A stretch of DNA of 61,646 bases from Bdellovibrionales bacterium. Lineage in GTDB: Bacteria; Bdellovibrionota; Bdellovibrionia; Bdellovibrionales; UBA1609. Positions 27,657 through 37,855 of the stretch are shown here, piece by piece; position 1 is the first letter of the stretch, and the number at the start of each line of letters is the position of its first letter. The position numbers and the translations under genes were made by a program. The stretch is from positions 1 to 61,646 of the forward strand of contig JANQSP010000022.1 of NCBI GenBank assembly GCA_028283955.1. Direction: 5' to 3'. The notes beneath the pieces are model-generated. The model made no database searches and had not been told where the DNA came from. It saw only the letters and a list, made by a program, of their open reading frames with translations.

Positions 27657-30349
27657 AGTCGTTTATTTTTAGGTTGAGCAGGGAACTTCCCACTGTGGAT
27701 ATTTGAAATCAGGGAATCCATTTTTTTACTTACACCGTCCATGATGGATTCTTTTTTTTCTTCTGAAACAAGAGATCTTTTTTTAGGACCACCAAGAAGT
27801 GTGATGTAATCAGGTTCTTTTATAGCCAACCCCCGGTGTTCAAAATTTTTATAGCTTAAGTAAAGTGCTGATTTTACAGGAAGGGCGGGAAGGTTGGCCA
27901 GGCCTGATTCCAGGACTTGCATATAAAATGCCATTTGAAAATTTTCCTGAGTTTCCCATGAAGTGGCTGCGGACCCTGTAGCTAAAGAGTTTTTATAATC
28001 AATAATCTGGTAAAACTGATTGTTTGAGTCAATGCGATCTATTTTTCCTGTAAACAGGATATCACCCTCTTTGGCGGTAGATTTTGTTTTAAAATTCCAG
28101 TAACACTGATATTTTTTTTCACAGGCAATAGTTTGATAATTTTTAAATAGAGATTTTTTTATTTTTTCCTGTTCCAAAAACTTTAAGGCTTTTTTTAATA
28201 AATCATTTTTCTCTTTTTCCCATATAAAGGGGTGTACTTTTAATATTTGTTTAAAAGGTTTACTGCTTTTTATTTCATCTATTATTTGTAAAATTTCCTG
28301 ATCGGAAAGTGGGTGTTTTTTTGTCAATAGCAATACTTCAAAAAGTTTATGAACAAAGCTTCCATGTTCTGTCGGAGGAATATCTACATCTCTTTCCGGG
28401 CCATCCCATAGGTAAAACAGTTTTTTGGCGGCAAAAATAAAAGGGCATTTAATGTATTCATTTAATGAGGAAGGGGATAAACTTTTTATTCTTTTTTGAA
28501 AAAATGGTGTGTTGTTTTCATTCCCTGTGTCTTGCTGAATGGATTGATTTATTAACTCCATTTCAGATTGTTTAATATCATGGTGAATTAAAATTTCTTT
28601 CACTGAAAGTTTTCTCTGTTGTTGGTCCCATGCAGAGATGTTTGGAGTGTCAAAGTGGCTTATATCTTTTTCGTACTCTATAGCTTTTTCCAACCATAGG
28701 CAGGAGGGGTTTAGAGGTGTGCCTAAAAAATCTGTAGAGGAAAAAGATAGGACTAATTCTTTGTGTTCCTGATTTGTGAAATAGGAGATAGCCTGTTCCA
28801 TCTTTTCAGAAGGTTCGGTTTTTATAAAAAAACCAAGGTCTTTCATGATAGAGTGGGCTTCTAAAGAGGAAAGTATTGTGTGTTTTTCTTTTTTTATGTT
28901 TTGCTCACTCAGTCCGGCGATATAAGTAAAATCCGGTTCCACCCATCCAAGAGCATTAAAACTTAAACAATTTATACCTTCTGTGTCTCCTTTGTGTATT
29001 TCTATCTCTTTCTTTCCAATGAGCAATTCCAGTATCTTTAACCAGGATTCCCATTTTAATTGTAAATGAGTTACCGCATCGGATTCGGGGAATTCATTTA
29101 AGCAATCTTTTATGGAATGGTGAATAACAGCATTTTTTATATTTTCCGGTAATAGTTTTTTAGTCCATTGAATAAAAACAGGTAGAGAGGTTAATTCATC
29201 TTTGTCTTTCAATTGGTCTTTTTTATAGAATCCGGAAGGACAATCCTCTATTTTTTTAACATTATACAGTTCCGCTTTTAATTGGCTGAAATTTGTATAT
29301 TGATTTTGATGAGATTGAATCATTTCCAGATTTTCATAATTGATAATAGATAAATGTGTACGCATTTTAGCAAGCCATAGTTGAACAGCAGGAAAACTGT
29401 GTAGAAAAACAGTTTCGCTTTTATTAACAGGAATATTTTCTTTTTTTAAATAGCTTTTCAAACAGGTCCAATAGTCTTCAATATGAGGCACCAGGATGTA
29501 AATTTTATTTGGCTGTATGCCTTTATTTAAAGAGTGCTTAATATGGTAACTGATGTCTTTTATTTCCGCCAGTGGAGTGGCAAATTTCTTAATCTTTATA
29601 GAATGAGTTTGTGGTTGAGAGTGTTTTATAAAAGAGGTGTTTTTCTCTTCATAAAAATCATCATAAATGTTATGTGAAAAACTTTGATTTTTCTTATTAA
29701 AAAATGTAGGGATTAAAACTTTTGTTTTTATTTTTATTGATATTTGACGAATGAGTTCAACTTCCACTTTATTTATATCAAAACCCAAATCAAAGATGAC
29801 TTCTTTGGATTTAAAGTATTCAAAAGGAATATGGTCCAATAAAAGAGCACTGGCCCATGAAGTTTCAATGATTTGCTTTTGAGATAAATAATTCCAAAAC
29901 TCAGAAGCCAGATTGTACCATATTGTCCAATAGGTTTCTTTTTTGTTTTCTGTGATATTTTTCCACTCTGTTATTAAATTATCTCTTAGAGGATGTTGTA
30001 ACAGATGAGCCAGCACTTCTATGTACTGGCAAATGAGATTTCCTGTTTCTTTGGTTTTTTCCCATTCTTGCTTTCGGGATTTAGCCCACTCATGGTAAAC
30101 AAAAGTTAAAAAAGATCTGTTGACAATAGATTTTTCAGGATAGGCAGTGGATAGCATATGAGCCCAAAGATCTGTGGCCCTTATTACACAGCTCTTTTTT
30201 ACAAGGGTGTTATTTTTATTATGTAATTCACTTAATATGGAGAGTTGGGATTTAATATCTGTAGTGACCCATAAACTATTATCAGGATTAAAGTCCTGTA
30301 ATATTCTTTTTTTGTCTTTAGTGTCTAAAAATTGAACTAACTCCAACAT
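27605..30349 (-). CDS. addB: AddB-like PD-(D/E)XK nuclease subunit with 4Fe-4S cysteines
   Basis: LSPSSLNEYIKCPF, EKKY, GKIDRID, IIDYK, FQMAFY, C-terminal CIKCKWRKIC. Confidence 0.82.
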   Translation of the reverse strand: MLELVQFLDTKDKKRILQDFNPDNSLWVTTDIKSQLSILSELHNKNNTLVKKSCVIRATDLWAHMLSTAYPEKSIVNRSFLTFVYHEWAKSRKQEWEKTKETGNLICQYIEVLAHLLQHPLRDNLITEWKNITENKKETYWTIWYNLASEFWNYLSQKQIIETSWASALLLDHIPFEYFKSKEVIFDLGFDINKVEVELIRQISIKIKTKVLIPTFFNKKNQSFSHNIYDDFYEEKNTSFIKHSQPQTHSIKIKKFATPLAEIKDISYHIKHSLNKGIQPNKIYILVPHIEDYWTCLKSYLKKENIPVNKSETVFLHSFPAVQLWLAKMRTHLSIINYENLEMIQSHQNQYTNFSQLKAELYNVKKIEDCPSGFYKKDQLKDKDELTSLPVFIQWTKKLLPENIKNAVIHHSIKDCLNEFPESDAVTHLQLKWESWLKILELLIGKKEIEIHKGDTEGINCLSFNALGWVEPDFTYIAGLSEQNIKKEKHTILSSLEAHSIMKDLGFFIKTEPSEKMEQAISYFTNQEHKELVLSFSSTDFLGTPLNPSCLWLEKAIEYEKDISHFDTPNISAWDQQQRKLSVKEILIHHDIKQSEMELINQSIQQDTGNENNTPFFQKRIKSLSPSSLNEYIKCPFIFAAKKLFYLWDGPERDVDIPPTEHGSFVHKLFEVLLLTKKHPLSDQEILQIIDEIKSSKPFKQILKVHPFIWEKEKNDLLKKALKFLEQEKIKKSLFKNYQTIACEKKYQCYWNFKTKSTAKEGDILFTGKIDRIDSNNQFYQIIDYKNSLATGSAATSWETQENFQMAFYMQVLESGLANLPALPVKSALYLSYKNFEHRGLAIKEPDYITLLGGPKKRSLVSEEKKESIMDGVSKKMDSLISNIHSGKFPAQPKNKRLCIKCKWRKICRASHLN

Positions 30350-30363
30350 AAATTAATACTTTC

Positions 30364-30960
30364 TCAGTCTGTCTTTAGTGAATGAATCAGACTAAAGACC
30401 TGTTTCTCCAATACTTTTAATGATGAGCTGTTCCATATAACATGATCCGCTTTTTTAATTTTTTCTTCTTGGGAGATTTGAAATTGCATGCGATTTTTAA
30501 TTTCTTCACAACTAAAATTACGATATTGCTGCAGGCGTTTTTTTTGTACCTGAAGGTCAATGGCGATGACAATAATCAGGTTAAAAAAGTGTTCCCATTT
30601 TTTTTCAAATAGCAGTGGAATTTCATAAAAAACAATCTTTTTGCCTGAAAGACGTAATTTTTGTTCTTCTTTTTGCATTAAATCCCAGACAATAGGATGG
30701 ATAATTGATTCAATTTGATACAATAAGGCTTTATTTTGAAAAACCGCTTTAGCGATTTTCTGAGTGTTAAAATATCCTTTGGAGTCTAAATATTCCGGAC
30801 CCAGTAGTGTAAGAAGTTTGGTGTGACCAGGGTTGTTAGGGGCTATGGTTTTTGTCACTAATTCATCAGCGGAGATAAAACTCATTCCTTTTTTCTTAAG
30901 TATTAAACCAACGGTAGATTTCCCTGATCCCATTATACCTGTGATAGCTATTTTGCGCAT
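30364..30960 (-). CDS. coaE: Dephospho-CoA kinase
   Basis: IAITGIMGSGKST, SIIHPIV, YEIPLLFE, ADHVIWN. Confidence 0.94.
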   Translation of the reverse strand: MRKIAITGIMGSGKSTVGLILKKKGMSFISADELVTKTIAPNNPGHTKLLTLLGPEYLDSKGYFNTQKIAKAVFQNKALLYQIESIIHPIVWDLMQKEEQKLRLSGKKIVFYEIPLLFEKKWEHFFNLIIVIAIDLQVQKKRLQQYRNFSCEEIKNRMQFQISQEEKIKKADHVIWNSSSLKVLEKQVFSLIHSLKTD

Positions 30961-31072
30961 AAAGTTCCTATTTTTTGTAACCGATAAGAGGTAGAGGAAT
31001 ATTTTTATACTATAAATGTGTTTATTTTTTAAATCAATATAGCGAGTATTAAGGACCTAAAGAAAGTTAATT

Positions 31073-33094
31073 ATGGACTTGCAAATAAAAAAGTTTGGAA
31101 AATTCAAATTGTTAAAGCAAGTGGCTCGAGGTGGTATGGCCGAGATTTTTCTTGGCTGTGCGGGAACACTCGAAAGTGCTCATAAGTTTGTAGTCATAAA
31201 GAGAATATTATTAGCTCACTCTCATAATAAAGAATTTAATAAAATGTTTCAAAATGAGGGTAAAATTGCTGTTAATCTCAATCATAGCAATATTTGCTCT
31301 ATTTATGAGTTTGGAATAGAAAACGATCAGTATTTTATATGTATGGAGTATATTTCAGGTAGAAATATGCGCCAGTTGATTAAGAAGTTAAAAAGCCAAA
31401 AGAAAAATCTTAGCGTAGCTATGTGTGCTTATATTATGAAGTATGTTTGTAACGGTCTTGATTACGCACATAATTGCACGGATAGTATAACAGGCCAGCC
31501 CCTTAATATTATTCATCGTGATATTAGTCCTCAAAACATAATGGTGAGTTTTAATGGGGATGTAAAGGTTATCGATTTTGGTATAGCTAAGATAGATGAT
31601 TCTGAATCTACAAAAGTGGGAGTGTTAAAAGGAAAGTTTGAGTATATGAGTCCTGAGCAGGCAAGAGGGAAAGCGTTAGACCGGCAAACGGATATTTTTT
31701 CTCTTGGAAATGTATTATGGGAATTGCTTGCAGGTAGAAAACTTTTTATAGGATCCAATGAGATTCAGTTGCTAAAAAAAATCAGAGAATGTCAAATTCC
31801 TGATTTAAAAAAAATTAACCCCAATGTGCCTGACCGGCTTATTCAAATAGTTAATAAAGCATTAAGTGCAAATAAAAATCTCAGATATAAAACAGTTGCG
31901 GAGATGGGAAATGATATTTCTGTTTTCCTGAATAAAACTTATCCTGATTTTACAAATACTGATTTCAGTTCTTTTATAAAGGAAGTGTATGTAGAGGAAA
32001 TTTTGGAGGAAAGACAAAACTTAAAGAAGTATTCGCAAGCATTACTGTCAAAGAAAGCGGCCGTAAAAGGAAGGTTGTTACCTCCCAGAGGATCCTCCTC
32101 ATTAGACATGGATCATTCTCATTCTACGTTTGTGGGATATCAGGAGGGGATAAATAAGCCGGTAAAAGCAGTTGAAGAGCAAGAAGAAGAGTACACAGAA
32201 ACACTGAATAGTGTTGCCACAGAAGGTTCTAAAGGGCGTGCAGAGCACACTGTTACGCAGACTCAAGGAAATACAGGAAAAGCTCCTTTGGTAACGGAAG
32301 AAATAACCAAAACGGAATTTGATGATGAACTGGAAGATCGTGACACTCTGTATACAAAACCCACAGCAGGGTACGAAATGACAGAATCAGATGGAGGTTA
32401 TAGGAATATTACTGACAGTTTAAATAATGATGTTGGTTCAGATGAAGAATATGAACTTCGTAATACTAATATTGTAAAAGAAGATGAGTTAGCCTTAAAA
32501 AAGCGTTTACCTCGTCGGAGACATGGTAATCGTAGCGGTTCTTTTTTTCAAAAGGTTATAGTAGGGTTATTTGTTTTTGGGATCATTGGATCAATTTATC
32601 TTTTTCGATCAGATATTAAAAATTATGTTTCTCATATAGTACAAAAAATCAGTCAATATAACGGTAAAGGGAACACCGCTAGTAGTAAAGTACAAACTTC
32701 TGAATCGTCTGTAGTGGATCAATCCGAATCAGCCATATCTTCTTCTGTTAATGGAGATACTCCCAGAGTCAGACAACCCACCTCTGTCCAAAGTAAATCA
32801 AAACAGCCGGTAGCACTGGAACAGAGGAATATAGCTGTTTTTGGAAAAAGTGTTTTTGTTACCACGCAACCGTCTGGGGCCCAGGTGTATGTTGATGATA
32901 AAAATATAGGTCGCCTCACACCTACATCAATAACAGTGCCATTTGATGGCAAATTTAAATTAACTTTTAAAAGATCAGGTTACTATGATAAAAGCCTGAC
33001 ACTTTCTTCAGGTTCTATAAAAAGGGTAATGAATTTTCCTTTACAAAAGGATAAAAAACAAAGGAAGAGAAATGAAACAATTATTATCAGATAA
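31073..33094 (+). CDS. Hanks-type Ser/Thr protein kinase with TM and extracytoplasmic PEGA-like domain
   Basis: ARGGMAEIF, VVIKR, HRDISPQN, IDFGIAK, GKFEYMSPE, DIFSLG; TM VIVGLFVFGIIGSIYLF; VTTQPSGAQVYVD PEGA-like motif. Confidence 0.93.
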   Translation: MDLQIKKFGKFKLLKQVARGGMAEIFLGCAGTLESAHKFVVIKRILLAHSHNKEFNKMFQNEGKIAVNLNHSNICSIYEFGIENDQYFICMEYISGRNMRQLIKKLKSQKKNLSVAMCAYIMKYVCNGLDYAHNCTDSITGQPLNIIHRDISPQNIMVSFNGDVKVIDFGIAKIDDSESTKVGVLKGKFEYMSPEQARGKALDRQTDIFSLGNVLWELLAGRKLFIGSNEIQLLKKIRECQIPDLKKINPNVPDRLIQIVNKALSANKNLRYKTVAEMGNDISVFLNKTYPDFTNTDFSSFIKEVYVEEILEERQNLKKYSQALLSKKAAVKGRLLPPRGSSSLDMDHSHSTFVGYQEGINKPVKAVEEQEEEYTETLNSVATEGSKGRAEHTVTQTQGNTGKAPLVTEEITKTEFDDELEDRDTLYTKPTAGYEMTESDGGYRNITDSLNNDVGSDEEYELRNTNIVKEDELALKKRLPRRRHGNRSGSFFQKVIVGLFVFGIIGSIYLFRSDIKNYVSHIVQKISQYNGKGNTASSKVQTSESSVVDQSESAISSSVNGDTPRVRQPTSVQSKSKQPVALEQRNIAVFGKSVFVTTQPSGAQVYVDDKNIGRLTPTSITVPFDGKFKLTFKRSGYYDKSLTLSSGSIKRVMNFPLQKDKKQRKRNETIIIR

Positions 33095-33578
33095 TTATCG
33101 GTTATTTACATACTCTGTTGTTTGTTTGATCTTTGTATTTCTGTTTTCTTCGTGTCCAGGTGGTTTTGGAACTGGAAGTTCACAGCATTGTAGCATGTAT
33201 AAGTACGATGATCAGAAAAAAATATGGGTAGATTCATTAGGAAAAGAGGTATCCTGTACCATAGCGGATAACAACAGGATATTTGAGTATCTTCCTGGAA
33301 AGGGATGCGGTTTTTGGAAAGAATTATATCCGGATGACACAGTTCAGTTTGTGGAGATGCCAATCAGGTTAGGTTCAGGAGCACATTCTATTGCCCGAAT
33401 GTATTGTGTAAAGCAAAGATATGTTAGTCATGATAATACAGGTCAGGTGTTGCTTATAGATGAAGGTGTATTTTGTTTTACAGAGCATCCGGAAGTGAAA
33501 GGTGAATATCTGTTTAAAAGCTGTGAAGGTGTGCAAAGAAAAAGGCCGGAAGATAATGGCCAGGAAAAGGGTGAGTGA
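33072..33578 (+). CDS. Hypothetical cysteine-rich lipoprotein
   Basis: Hydrophobic stretch ending in lipobox-like FSSC (C28); six further Cys; overlaps the kinase 3' end by 23 bp. Confidence 0.6.
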   Translation: MKQLLSDNYRLFTYSVVCLIFVFLFSSCPGGFGTGSSQHCSMYKYDDQKKIWVDSLGKEVSCTIADNNRIFEYLPGKGCGFWKELYPDDTVQFVEMPIRLGSGAHSIARMYCVKQRYVSHDNTGQVLLIDEGVFCFTEHPEVKGEYLFKSCEGVQRKRPEDNGQEKGE

Positions 33579-33615
33579 GTGTATAACTTTTCTATTAAAA
33601 GATTATAATTAAAAA

Positions 33616-34470
33616 TTACTGGGAAAACTTTAATTTATCCTTTAACAGTAAGAAGTCGTTGTGCTCCACTTGTCTGAGTGTTCTGTGTTTCATAGTGGAT
33701 TTTTTTATCTTTACTGATTGTTCTTTTGACATTTTTGCCATTTTTTGTCCGTCAATTGTCAGGAAAGCGCTTTGTTTTTCGTTATTAATTCTAAAAAACA
33801 TTTCATAAGTGTCAGGCACAATGACAGGACGGTTTGTCAGACTGTGAGAGCAGATAGGAGTAATGGCAAATGAGTTTACCTGAGGATGCAGAATAGGTCC
33901 CCCTGCAGCTAAATTATAAGCAGTGGAACCTGTGGGTGAAGAAATAATTACACCATCGGCTGTTACAGAATAAATATCCTGATCTTGAATAGTAATCGAA
34001 ATATTTATTAATTGGCTGAATGATCCTCTTTCAATAACCACATCATTAAGGGCCAGGAATGTCTGTTCTTCTTTCGTTATAAGGGAAGCATCTATTAAAG
34101 ACCTTTCTTCTAACACCATTTTTCCCTGCAGAGTGGATTCTAAACAATGAATAATGAGTTCCTGACGATGAACAGTGAGAAATCCAAAGGAGCCCATATT
34201 GATTCCTAAGAATGGCACTGAGTGGTCAGGCGTGCACTGAACCGCTTTTAAGTAGGTACCGTCTCCTCCCAACACCAGAACCAAATCGATATCAGAATGT
34301 ATAGAAGGGTTGTTTGATAGGGATGATTGAGAGAAAGTATGTGTGTGAATTTTGTGCTTTTCAAGCCACTTTTCGGCTTGATTAACTATGTGAATAATAC
34401 CTGGTGAATTGTTTCTATAGACAATCAGAATATTTTTAATTTGTTTTTTAAAAAATTGATTTTGTGTCAA
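33616..34470 (-). CDS. nadK: NAD kinase
   Basis: LGGDGT, GINMGSFGFL, ALNDV, ADGVIISSPTGSTAYNLAAGGP, IDGQ. Confidence 0.96.
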   Translation of the reverse strand: MTQNQFFKKQIKNILIVYRNNSPGIIHIVNQAEKWLEKHKIHTHTFSQSSLSNNPSIHSDIDLVLVLGGDGTYLKAVQCTPDHSVPFLGINMGSFGFLTVHRQELIIHCLESTLQGKMVLEERSLIDASLITKEEQTFLALNDVVIERGSFSQLINISITIQDQDIYSVTADGVIISSPTGSTAYNLAAGGPILHPQVNSFAITPICSHSLTNRPVIVPDTYEMFFRINNEKQSAFLTIDGQKMAKMSKEQSVKIKKSTMKHRTLRQVEHNDFLLLKDKLKFSQ

Positions 34471-34480
34471 TTGTCAGCTC

Positions 34481-35818
34481 TCAGAAAATCTTCTCTGACT
34501 TTTTGAATAAGCCTATTAAACTGGATTTGTGTCTTTTGAAGGGGGATTGTTGTTTGTATTCCGTTGGTTGTTTTTTGTTATTGATATTCATCTTAAGCTG
34601 TTGATGATCCTGGTTAATTTTGGCTGGCTTTCCTTTAGCTTGTTCTCTGTAAGCCTGGGCTTTTTCTATTAAAATATCTCTCGGTAGTTTTGAGGATTTT
34701 TGATTGTCACTGGTGAAAGGTTGTTGTTGTTGTGGATTTATTTCCGATGGATTGGGTGGTTGTTGATTGTTGGAAAACTTTAGATTTTCCTGAACATTTG
34801 TTTTAGGATTCTTTTTGTATTTCATATCCTTTTTTTGTGAATTTTGATTATGTTTACCTTCAAATCCGGTGGCAATCACCGTTACCTTTATCTGATCGGA
34901 TGATTCATTAGGGTCTACTATAGCGCCAAAAATAATTTCAGCATCGGGATGGGATTCAGCTGTAATCAGTTCAGCGGTTTGATTGACTTCTTTTAGGGAC
35001 AGGTCAGGCCCGCCGGTGATGTTGATGATTAAACCCAGTGCACCTTTAAATGAAGTGTCTTCCAATAGAGGTGAAGAGATAGCCATACGACCGGCGGACA
35101 AGGCTCTATCTTCTCCCGAAGCCGCACCTGTACCGATAATCGCCAGGCCTTTTTCAGACATGATGGTTTTTATATCTGCAAAATCCAGGTTGATTAAACC
35201 TTTTTGGTTAATGAGGTCTACAATACCTTGAACAGCTTGTAATAAGATATTATCCACGCTTTTAAAAGCGGATAATAAGGAGGTATTTTCGTCCGTTGTT
35301 TTAAGTAGTTTTTGGTTAGGAATGACAATAAGTGTATCTACGTTTTCTTTTAAAAATCGGATACCCATTTCCGCATGTCTTGCCCTTCTTTGGCCTTCAA
35401 AAAAGAAAGGACGAGTCACTACACCTACAGTCAAAGCCCCTTGTTCTTTGGCGATTCGGGCAATCACGCCGGCAGCACCGGTTCCAGTCCCTCCCCCCAT
35501 GCCGGCAGTAATGAAAACCATATCGGCTCCTTTTAGGGCTTCAACTATTTCATTGCAGGATTCAATAGCAGCCTGTCTGCCAATTTCAGGGTTGGCACCA
35601 GCACCAAGACCTTTTGTTAATTGAGTGCCAAGCTGAATAGTGCTGTCCAGGTTTTCATGTTCTTCCAGAGCCTGAAGGTCTGTATTTGCAGCGATAAACT
35701 GTACACCTTCCAAGCCGGATCGATGCATTGTTTTAATAGCATTACCCCCACCACCTCCAATGCCGACTACTTTAATGTCAGCTCTGGATTTTATATTTTC
35801 TTCGTCAATTTGAAACAT
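34481..35818 (-). CDS. ftsZ: Cell division GTPase FtsZ
   Basis: GIGGGGGNA, ANTD, GAGANP, GMGGGTGTG, PFFFEG, NLDFAD, TVIATG. Confidence 0.98.
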   Translation of the reverse strand: MFQIDEENIKSRADIKVVGIGGGGGNAIKTMHRSGLEGVQFIAANTDLQALEEHENLDSTIQLGTQLTKGLGAGANPEIGRQAAIESCNEIVEALKGADMVFITAGMGGGTGTGAAGVIARIAKEQGALTVGVVTRPFFFEGQRRARHAEMGIRFLKENVDTLIVIPNQKLLKTTDENTSLLSAFKSVDNILLQAVQGIVDLINQKGLINLDFADIKTIMSEKGLAIIGTGAASGEDRALSAGRMAISSPLLEDTSFKGALGLIINITGGPDLSLKEVNQTAELITAESHPDAEIIFGAIVDPNESSDQIKVTVIATGFEGKHNQNSQKKDMKYKKNPKTNVQENLKFSNNQQPPNPSEINPQQQQPFTSDNQKSSKLPRDILIEKAQAYREQAKGKPAKINQDHQQLKMNINNKKQPTEYKQQSPFKRHKSSLIGLFKKSEKIF

Positions 35819-35853
35819 AAATACTCCTAGCCGGTCTTTCCTTCATTACCTGT

Positions 35854-37077
35854 TTAGATGAAAAGATCCTGTACCCACTTTTTTATTTTAAGTGCCCTTC
35901 CATAAGGATGATTGGAACGATAGTCCAATGTTTTTTCGTTTTGAATGTAACATAAGATACCCAGAGCTGTAGTAAAATCGCTTCTGTTTTCCAGTTCATT
36001 AATACCGAAGAACTCTTTAATGACAGCTTTTTTAACAGGTTTTTCCATAAGAGAACGACCTGTTTCCACTAAGCCCTTTAATGTGCTTCCCCCTCCGGTG
36101 AGGATAATGCCTCCCTCAAGCTGGTTAAGATAAGTCAGGGACTCCAATTGTGCTTTTGCCTCCTCAAATAGTAATTCAGCCCGGGCTGCCAAAATAGAAT
36201 TTATTTTTTGTGTATTTGTATTGATTTCCCATTTTTGTAGCTCTTCCAAAATTTCTTCATCATTATCCCATTCTTCAGTTGGCAGAAGATTTCCATAATT
36301 TAATTTTATATTTTCTGCCAGGTCTCTTGGTATTTTTAACTCAGACATTAAGTCATGGGTAAAATCTTCTCCTCCCATAGAGAGGGAACCAATATGATGT
36401 ATACGTGAATCAATAACAACAGTAAAATAAGTCTGATCTTGTCCAATATCCAGGACACACACTCCGGATTTTTTTTCGCTTTCATCTATTATAGATAAAC
36501 TGGTTGCCAAAGGTTGCAGCACCAGGCCTTTGGCAGAACAACCTGCGTAGCGTAGACATTGAAGCGCATTTTGTACATTGGTTTCAGGAATGGAAATCAT
36601 CATAACTGAGGTTTCCAGTCGCAAACCGGATAATCCTAGAGGGTTAAAAAAAGGTCCTTCACGATCTACGGTAAAACTCTTTGGGAGAACATGTAAAAGG
36701 CGATGACCTGTAGGGAGCGAGACAGCTTTTGCTGTTTCTACGGCTTTGTTCAGATCATCCCCGGTGACTTGTTGTGAGGGAATAATGGACATTCCCTGTG
36801 AAGAGAAAATATGGTGTTCCCCACTGATTCCCAAAAAGAGTTGGGAAACTTGTAACCCGGCCATCACTTGAGCTTCTTCTATTGATTGTTGCAAGGCCTC
36901 GGCCGTTTCTTTCATATTGACAATACGACCTTTATATAAACCTTTATGTGGGATACGAGCCGCACCAGCAAGAGTCAGCTCGTTTGATGACAGGGTACCA
37001 ATTAAACATCTCACATTGGTTGCACCCAAGTCGATACCGGCTACTATTTTCTTGTCTTCAATATTAAAACGGCCCAT
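35854..37077 (-). CDS. ftsA: Cell division protein FtsA
   Basis: AGIDLGATNV, VLDIGQDQT, GGEDFT, LTGGGS, amphipathic tail KIKKWVQDLF. Confidence 0.95.
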   Translation of the reverse strand: MGRFNIEDKKIVAGIDLGATNVRCLIGTLSSNELTLAGAARIPHKGLYKGRIVNMKETAEALQQSIEEAQVMAGLQVSQLFLGISGEHHIFSSQGMSIIPSQQVTGDDLNKAVETAKAVSLPTGHRLLHVLPKSFTVDREGPFFNPLGLSGLRLETSVMMISIPETNVQNALQCLRYAGCSAKGLVLQPLATSLSIIDESEKKSGVCVLDIGQDQTYFTVVIDSRIHHIGSLSMGGEDFTHDLMSELKIPRDLAENIKLNYGNLLPTEEWDNDEEILEELQKWEINTNTQKINSILAARAELLFEEAKAQLESLTYLNQLEGGIILTGGGSTLKGLVETGRSLMEKPVKKAVIKEFFGINELENRSDFTTALGILCYIQNEKTLDYRSNHPYGRALKIKKWVQDLFI

Positions 37078-37100
37078 TATATATACCCTTAACTTTAAGG

Positions 37101-37847
37101 TTAGATGGCCTTACTTGTACCCACAACAATTTTTTGAGAGAATCGTGCATCAATAACGCGCCATTTAATATTTTTTTGGTCTAAATATCTTAATACACTC
37201 TCAATCCTTTTGGTTTTCATCTGCTTTGGATCGTAACCAACCTTTATTGGTTTTCCGTTTTTAGATAAAATGAGAATTACACTTTTTTCACTGGCTGAAT
37301 ATTTCACCTCTGAGATTTCCTGTCGGCTAAATTCACCTTGTTCCGGCATAAGATTAAGAAAATGAATAGCTAATTTACGGATGGCCTTTTGTTTTAGGAA
37401 TACAGAACCTCTTAAAAGAGGAAGATTGGGAATTTGATCAGAGGGTACAGGTGGAAGTACTTGTCCATCCATGGAAAGAGGATGGATTTTTCCATTATTA
37501 GGGTCTAACAGGACTACTAGAGGTTTTCTGGGTTGTATTTGAATAAAGAATCGGTTGGGAAGAAGTCTGAGAATTTTTACAGAACCTACACGGGGCTCAG
37601 AACGTAAAATCTTTTTTAGTTCACTAAATGACACCTGCCACATTTTTTTCCCGATAAATTTTTGTAATTTTGAATGTAACGCAGACTGAATATCCTGCAT
37701 GGAATCCTCCCATACGGGTTCTTTTTGCAGTTCCAGTTGGATTTCGCTGACAACCAGCCATTTATTTAAGCCATAATAAAAAATGCCAATAAAAAGGAAA
37801 AAGCAGACAGACAGGATAGGAATAAGATATGGATGGAATATCTTCAT
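37101..37847 (-). CDS. ftsQ: Cell division protein FtsQ/DivIB
   Basis: N-terminal TM, POTRA-like region, LLPNR, IDARF; lies between ddl and ftsA. Confidence 0.88.
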   Translation of the reverse strand: MKIFHPYLIPILSVCFFLFIGIFYYGLNKWLVVSEIQLELQKEPVWEDSMQDIQSALHSKLQKFIGKKMWQVSFSELKKILRSEPRVGSVKILRLLPNRFFIQIQPRKPLVVLLDPNNGKIHPLSMDGQVLPPVPSDQIPNLPLLRGSVFLKQKAIRKLAIHFLNLMPEQGEFSRQEISEVKYSASEKSVILILSKNGKPIKVGYDPKQMKTKRIESVLRYLDQKNIKWRVIDARFSQKIVVGTSKAI

Positions 37848-37855
37848 ATTCTTCC

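Noticed and set aside
35250-35258. TTATCCACG as a DnaA box or origin signal
   Set aside because: Single imperfect match inside ftsZ coding sequence, with no cluster of boxes.
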